A DNA stretch of 64,000 bases, taken from Stellaceae bacterium. Its GTDB lineage: Bacteria; Pseudomonadota; Alphaproteobacteria; ATCC43930; CGMCC-115725. The position numbers were made by a program, and so were the translations under genes. Positions 59,624 through 64,000 of this stretch are shown here, in pieces (the stretch's first letter is position 1; every line of letters starts with the position of its first letter). The notes beneath the pieces were generated by a model. That model ran no database searches. It was not told where the DNA came from and was given only the letters and a program-made list of their open reading frames with translations. The DNA is taken from NCBI GenBank assembly GCA_035934235.1, contig DASYYB010000027.1, forward strand, positions 32,079 through 96,078, read 5' to 3'.

Positions 59624-60565
59624 TCACGGCGCGAGTGCATTTTCCAATCCCTGCTTCGCCGCCGCCAGGTCTTCCAACGCATGGCCGACCGACTTGAAAA
59701 GCGTGATCTGGTCGTGAAAGCGCCGGCCGGCGCGGGTGCCGCGGGTCAGATCGAAGAGATCGCCGGCGACGTCGTCCGGGTTGAAGGCGCCCGCACGGAT
59801 CGGCTGCGCCAGGTCGCCGGCCTCGGCCAGCGCCGCCTCGCGCGTGTCAACGAAGACGCGGGCGCGATGCAGGGTTTCGTCGTCGGCTTGGCGCAGCGCC
59901 GGCGTGACGCCGCCGACCAGGTCGAGATGGATGCCGAGCGGCAGCCAATGGCCCTTGAGAATCGGCTCGGCTTCGGCGGCGATGCAACAGACAATATGCG
60001 CGCCGTTGACCGCGCGCTGAAGATCGTCCGTGGCGGCCACCTTGAGCGTCCGCCGCGTCAATCGGTGTGCGAGGCGGTCGGCTTTTTCGGTATCACGATC
60101 CCAGACCAGGACATTGCGGATTGGCCGCACGCTGGCATGCGCAGCGAGCAGATGGGACGCGAGCAGGCCGCTGCCGATCAGCAGCAGCCGCTCGCAATCG
60201 GGCCGCGCCAGGTAGCTTGCCGCCAAGGCCGAGGCGGCGGCGGTGCAGCGCGCGGTCAGAGCGGCGGCGTCGAAGACCGCCAACGGCTTGCCGGTGCGCG
60301 CGTCCATCAGGACATAAGCGCCTTCGCCGCTGGGCTCGCCGTTTGCCGCCTCAAACGCCGCCGAAATCTTGACGCCAAACCGATCGCCAACCCGCCACGC
60401 CGGACTCAGCTGCAACGTGCCAGATGCGTCCGGTGGCGCCGGAATCGTATGGCGATGCGGCGGCGGGGCGATTGTGTCCGCGGAGCGGAAAGCATGCCGC
60501 AGAGCCTCGATCAGCGACGAGAATTCAAGTGCATCGACGGCCTCGCTCCAGCCGAAGACACGCAC
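59624..60565 (-). CDS. ornithine cyclodeaminase / mu-crystallin family protein
   Basis: From ORF 59624..60634. I start at GTG 60565 (VRVFGWSEAVDALEFSSLIEALRHAF), 2 nt after the lapA stop. The Rossmann stretch is LLLIGSGLLASHLL. Also present: ..VLVWDR and GDL.DL..G. The specific activity cannot be told from the sequence. Confidence 0.8.
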   Translation of the reverse strand: MRVFGWSEAVDALEFSSLIEALRHAFRSADTIAPPPHRHTIPAPPDASGTLQLSPAWRVGDRFGVKISAAFEAANGEPSGEGAYVLMDARTGKPLAVFDAAALTARCTAAASALAASYLARPDCERLLLIGSGLLASHLLAAHASVRPIRNVLVWDRDTEKADRLAHRLTRRTLKVAATDDLQRAVNGAHIVCCIAAEAEPILKGHWLPLGIHLDLVGGVTPALRQADDETLHRARVFVDTREAALAEAGDLAQPIRAGAFNPDDVAGDLFDLTRGTRAGRRFHDQITLFKSVGHALEDLAAAKQGLENALAP

Positions 60566-60566
60566 G

Positions 60567-60890
60567 CTAATCGTCCGCGCCCGGCAGCGACCGCGGCGGC
60601 GGACCGGCCGGCCGGTTCGCGCGCAGGCCGTCAATTTCGCGTTCGAGCGCGGCGATGCGCTTGGCGCGGGCGCGCGATTCCCGCCGTGCGGCGCTGCCGC
60701 TCAGCCAGGCGAGCAGCATGCCGATCAGCAAGCCGGCGAACAGCGACAGCAGGATGACAAGGAAGAGCTGTGTCTCGATCTCGAACGGAAACGGCCATAA
60801 CGTGACGCTGACGCGTGCCCGGTTCGAGATCGCGAATACGACCAGCACCAGCGCCACCGGCGCCGTCACCAACCAATGAAACAGTTTCAT
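60567..60890 (-). CDS. lapA: LapA-family (DUF1049) inner-membrane protein
   Basis: 107 aa with two TM segments (WLVTAPVALVLVVFAISN ... LFLVILLSLFAGLLIGMLLAWL) and a C-terminal coiled coil (RIAALEREIDGLR). It lies downstream of ihfB, as is common in alphaproteobacteria. Confidence 0.8.
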   Translation of the reverse strand: MKLFHWLVTAPVALVLVVFAISNRARVSVTLWPFPFEIETQLFLVILLSLFAGLLIGMLLAWLSGSAARRESRARAKRIAALEREIDGLRANRPAGPPPRSLPGADD

Positions 60891-60952
60891 CTGTTACTCG
60901 GCCGCGTGCGCGGCCGCTCCGCCAACCCCGCGCAACCGGGTTGCGTGGCCGC

Positions 60953-61237
60953 TCAAGGCCGGTCGTTGAGCCGCTCGCGCAGCTCCTTGCCGGTCTTGAA
61001 AAACGGAATGTGCTTTTCGCCGACCTGGACGCTCTCGCCGGTGCGCGGGTTGCGGCCCGTTCGCGCGCCGCGCCGCTTGACCGAAAACGCCCCGAAACCG
61101 CGCAATTCGACCCGGTCGCCGCGCGACAAGGCCGCCGCGATCTCGTCAAAAACGGTGGAAACGATGCGCTCGACGTCGCGCTGGTAGAGGTGCGGGTTGC
61201 GCTCGGCCAGCCGCTGAATCAGTTCGGATTTGGTCAT
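60953..61237 (-). CDS. ihfB: integration host factor subunit beta
   Basis: 94 aa. [25 protein letters not shown]......[40 protein letters not shown]. Confidence 0.95.
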   Translation of the reverse strand: MTKSELIQRLAERNPHLYQRDVERIVSTVFDEIAAALSRGDRVELRGFGAFSVKRRGARTGRNPRTGESVQVGEKHIPFFKTGKELRERLNDRP

Positions 61238-61294
61238 TGCGCAGCCCAGGCCCCCCGCCGCGTTAAAGCATTGGAAACCCTGCCAAATCCAACT

Positions 61295-61318
61295 CGCGCC
61301 GTCAAGAAACGCGGCGCG
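61295..61318 (-). terminator. hairpin downstream of rpsA (possible attenuating terminator)
   Basis: On the minus strand, CGCGCCG-CGTTTCTTGA-CGGCGCG (7-bp stem) lies 17 nt after the rpsA stop. There is no clear U-tract, so this is tentative. Confidence 0.3.
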
Positions 61319-61334
61319 GGCCGGCGGCCGGGTT

Positions 61335-63065
61335 TCAGCCGTCGGACTTCTCGTCCTTTTCGTTCTTCCGGCTCAGCGCCGCGCCGAGGATATCGCCGAG
61401 GCTGGCGCCGGAATCGGACGAGCCGTATTCCGCCATCGCCTGTTTATCTTCGTCGATCTCGCGCGCCTTGATCGACAGCGTGGCCTTGCGCCCGCTGCGG
61501 TCGAGGCCGGTGAGCTTGGCGTCGACCTTTTCGCCGACGGCAAAGCGGTCGGGGCGCTGTTCGGCGCGGTCGCGCGACAGTTCCGCCTTGCGGATGAAGC
61601 CTTGCATGCCGCCGGCCAGCGTTACTTCAATGCCGCTGTCGGTCACCGCCGAAACGGTGCAGGTCACGACCTCGCCCTTCTTGATGCCGGCGGCTTCGGC
61701 CGCCGAAGCCGGCTCAGCCTGAAGCTGCTTGATGCCGAGCGAGATGCGCTCCTTCTCGACGTCGACGTCGAGCACGCGCACCCGGGCCATGTCGCCCTTC
61801 TTGTAGTCCTTGATCGCCTCTTCGCCTGCTTTCTGCCAGTCGAGATCGGAGAGGTGCACCATGCCGTCGATGTCGCCGGGCAGGCCGACGAAGACGCCGA
61901 ACTCGGTGATGTTCTTGATCTCGCCTTCGAGATCGGTGGCGACCGGGTACTTCTCCTTGAAGCTCTCCCACGGATTGGCGAGGCATTGCTTGAGGCCAAG
62001 CGAGATCCGGCGCTTTTGCGGATCGACGTCGAGCACCATGACCTCGACCTCCTGGCTGGTCGAGACGATCTTGCCGGGGTGCACGTTCTTCTTGGTCCAG
62101 CTCATCTCCGAAACGTGGACCAGGCCTTCGACGCCAGGCTCGAGCTCGACGAAGGCGCCGTAGTCGGTGATGTTGGTGACCCGGCCCTTGAACTTGGCGC
62201 TGGCCGGATATTTGAGCTCGACGCCTTCCCACGGATCGGCCTCGAGCTGCTTCATGCCGAGCGAAATGCGCTGAGTCTCGGGATTGAAGCGGATGACCTG
62301 GACCTTCACGGTCTGGCCGATATGCAACGCTTCGGACGGATGGTTGATGCGCCGCCAGGCGATGTCGGTGACGTGCAGCAGGCCGTCGACGCCGCCGAGA
62401 TCGACGAACGCGCCGTAGTCGGTGATGTTCTTGACCACGCCAGTGAGGACCTGGCCTTCCTTGAGCGAGGCAACGAGTTCGGAGCGCGCCTCGGCGCGGC
62501 TTTCCTCGAGCACGGCGCGGCGCGAGACGACGATGTTGCCGCGCGCGCGGTCCATCTTGAGGATCTGGAATTGCTGCGGCGAGCCCAGGAGCGGGGTGAT
62601 GTCGCGTACCGGCCGGATGTCGACCTGGCTGCCCGGCAGGAAGGCGACGGCGCCTGAAAGATCGACGGTGAAGCCGCCTTTGACGCGGCCGAAGATCACG
62701 CCCTGAACCCGTTCGTTCGCCTGGAAGCTCTTCTCGAGCAGCGACCACGCTTCCTCGCGCCGCGCTTTCTCGCGCGACAGCTGCGCCTCGCCGTTCTTGC
62801 CTTCCATGCGCTCGAGGAAGACTTCGACCGTGTCGCCCGCCTTGATCTCGGAGGCGCGGCCGGCCGCGCCGAATTCCTTCAGCGGCACGCGGCCTTCGGA
62901 TTTGAGGCCGACGTCGATCAGCACCATGTCGTTTTCGATGGCGACGACCTGGCCCTTGACCACCGTGCCTTCGAGGCCGGAGGCGGCGCCGAGACTTTCG
63001 TCGAGGAGCGCTGCGAAGCTCTCCTTGCCTTTGTCTTGTGAAACGGCGGATTGACGAGCGGCCAT
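61335..63065 (-). CDS. rpsA: 30S ribosomal protein S1
   Basis: From ORF 61335..63323. I start at ATG 63065 ([24 protein letters not shown]), preceded by GGAG. It has six S1 repeats (e.g. [57 protein letters not shown]). 576 aa. Confidence 0.97.
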   Translation of the reverse strand: MAARQSAVSQDKGKESFAALLDESLGAASGLEGTVVKGQVVAIENDMVLIDVGLKSEGRVPLKEFGAAGRASEIKAGDTVEVFLERMEGKNGEAQLSREKARREEAWSLLEKSFQANERVQGVIFGRVKGGFTVDLSGAVAFLPGSQVDIRPVRDITPLLGSPQQFQILKMDRARGNIVVSRRAVLEESRAEARSELVASLKEGQVLTGVVKNITDYGAFVDLGGVDGLLHVTDIAWRRINHPSEALHIGQTVKVQVIRFNPETQRISLGMKQLEADPWEGVELKYPASAKFKGRVTNITDYGAFVELEPGVEGLVHVSEMSWTKKNVHPGKIVSTSQEVEVMVLDVDPQKRRISLGLKQCLANPWESFKEKYPVATDLEGEIKNITEFGVFVGLPGDIDGMVHLSDLDWQKAGEEAIKDYKKGDMARVRVLDVDVEKERISLGIKQLQAEPASAAEAAGIKKGEVVTCTVSAVTDSGIEVTLAGGMQGFIRKAELSRDRAEQRPDRFAVGEKVDAKLTGLDRSGRKATLSIKAREIDEDKQAMAEYGSSDSGASLGDILGAALSRKNEKDEKSDG

Positions 63066-63180
63066 ACGAACTCCGGAACTTCCCCGTGACCAAGACTGCT
63101 GTCCCACGGGGAGAGGACCGCAGCCGGCCGCCGCAGGATCGGGTGCGGTGGCGTAAACCCGTCGTCTTGGCAGGACAAGC

Positions 63181-63801
63181 CTAACGCCGCGGCTTGAGCC
63201 CCCCGACATACCGGAGAGCGGCCGCAAAAGCGGCGTCGGCATCGAGCGCGGTGGTATCGAGCTCGAACGCGTCGGCGGCGCGCTGCAACGGGGCGGTTCG
63301 GCGTTCCCGGTCGCGCGCGTCACGAAGCATCATGTCCTGCAGGACGCGCTCGTATATAGCGGGGCCGCCCGCGGCCTGCAACTCTTTGAATCGCCTCGAT
63401 GCTCTGGCCTCGACCGTGGCCGTCAGGAAGATCTTGGCGTCGGCGTCCGGGCAGACCACGGTGCCGATATCGCGGCCGTCCAGCACGGCGCCCGGTGCCC
63501 GCCGGGCAAAATCGCGCTGGAAGGCCAGCAGCGCCGTCCGGACGCCGGGGATGGCGGCGACGACCGACGCCGTCTGGGCCACCTTGTCTTCGCGCAATCG
63601 TGGGTCAGCCAGGTCGCCGGGTTCGATCTGCCGGGCGGCGGCCACGGCCGCGTCTGGATCGGCGCCGGCGGCCAGCGCGCGGAAGGCGACGGCGCGGTAA
63701 AGCGCGCCGGTATCGAGATGATTGAGGCCGAAATGCTGGGCGAGGCGGCGCGCCAGCGTGCCCTTGCCCGAAGCGGCCGGGCCGTCGACAGCGATGATCA
63801 C
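63181..63801 (-). CDS. cmk: (d)CMP kinase
   Basis: 206 aa. The P-loop is [32 protein letters not shown] and DGRDIGTVV are also present. Confidence 0.95.
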   Translation of the reverse strand: MIIAVDGPAASGKGTLARRLAQHFGLNHLDTGALYRAVAFRALAAGADPDAAVAAARQIEPGDLADPRLREDKVAQTASVVAAIPGVRTALLAFQRDFARRAPGAVLDGRDIGTVVCPDADAKIFLTATVEARASRRFKELQAAGGPAIYERVLQDMMLRDARDRERRTAPLQRAADAFELDTTALDADAAFAAALRYVGGLKPRR

Positions 63802-64000
63802 CGCCGGACCTCGGCGATGCGCGTGCCGAGCCGGTTCATCAGCTTGACGAAGCCGGGGAAGCTGGTGGCGATGGTTTCGCCGTCGTCGATGCGCACCGGC
63901 TTGCGTGCGGCGCCGCCGAGGACCAGGAACGCCATCGCGATACGGTGATCGAGCTGGGCCGCGACCAGCGCGCCGCCCTTGGGAGGCGTGCCGTTGCCGT
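63798..64000 (-). CDS. aroA: 3-phosphoshikimate 1-carboxyvinyltransferase, C-terminal part (gene runs off the window)
   Basis: The reverse complement reads ..[74 protein letters not shown] and TSFP.F are EPSP-synthase C-terminal motifs. The stop overlaps the cmk GTG start (GTGA). Confidence 0.85.
   Translation of the reverse strand, partial: GNGTPPKGGALVAAQLDHRIAMAFLVLGGAARKPVRIDDGETIATSFPGFVKLMNRLGTRIAEVRR

Overview
This is a high-GC alphaproteobacterial chromosomal segment. Hand counts of single 60-nt lines give about 70-77% G+C over most of the window. Gene order looks Hyphomicrobiales/Rhizobiales-like: hemC-hemD-mic60-like-hemY; pckA ... chvI-chvG-hprK-rapZ-EIIA-HPr-EI; tsaE-amgK-murU-addB-addA-trxA; folC-accD-trpA-trpB-trpF-pyrF; lapA-ihfB-rpsA-cmk-aroA. 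I call about 64 protein-coding genes, 2 pseudogene relics and 2 tRNAs (Thr-CGU, Arg-CCG). I see no rRNA, no CRISPR array and no intact mobile element. Genes are densely packed and many neighbours share ATGA/GTGA start-stop overlaps. Most of the window (8.3-64 kb) is ordinary core genome. The clear exception is the left 8.2 kb. It is visibly lower in G+C, ends at tRNA-Thr, contains a tyrosine-integrase relic, and carries a self-contained TonB uptake module (receptor, TonB, ExbB, two ExbD, TPR protein). I read this as a decayed genomic island. I did not find convincing evidence for a wholly new multi-gene system. Smaller oddities are:
- the hemY stop codon lies inside tRNA-Thr;
- a mitofilin/Mic60-like gene sits in the heme operon;
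- a truncated sirtuin relic lies next to a secreted protein built from a recent tandem domain duplication;
- a Trp-rich secreted protein has a 48-nt-period proline-rich repeat array;
- an ABC ATPase is translationally coupled to a lipoprotein hydrolase with no permease;
- two small coupled ORFs have no recognisable family;
- a permease-less PTS phosphorelay lies behind chvIG.
All family assignments come from motif recognition by eye, with no BLAST, HMM or tRNAscan. Start codons are inferred from signal peptides, RBS-like purine tracts and overlaps, and may be off. The many long ORFs antisense to recognisable genes are treated as high-GC shadow ORFs.
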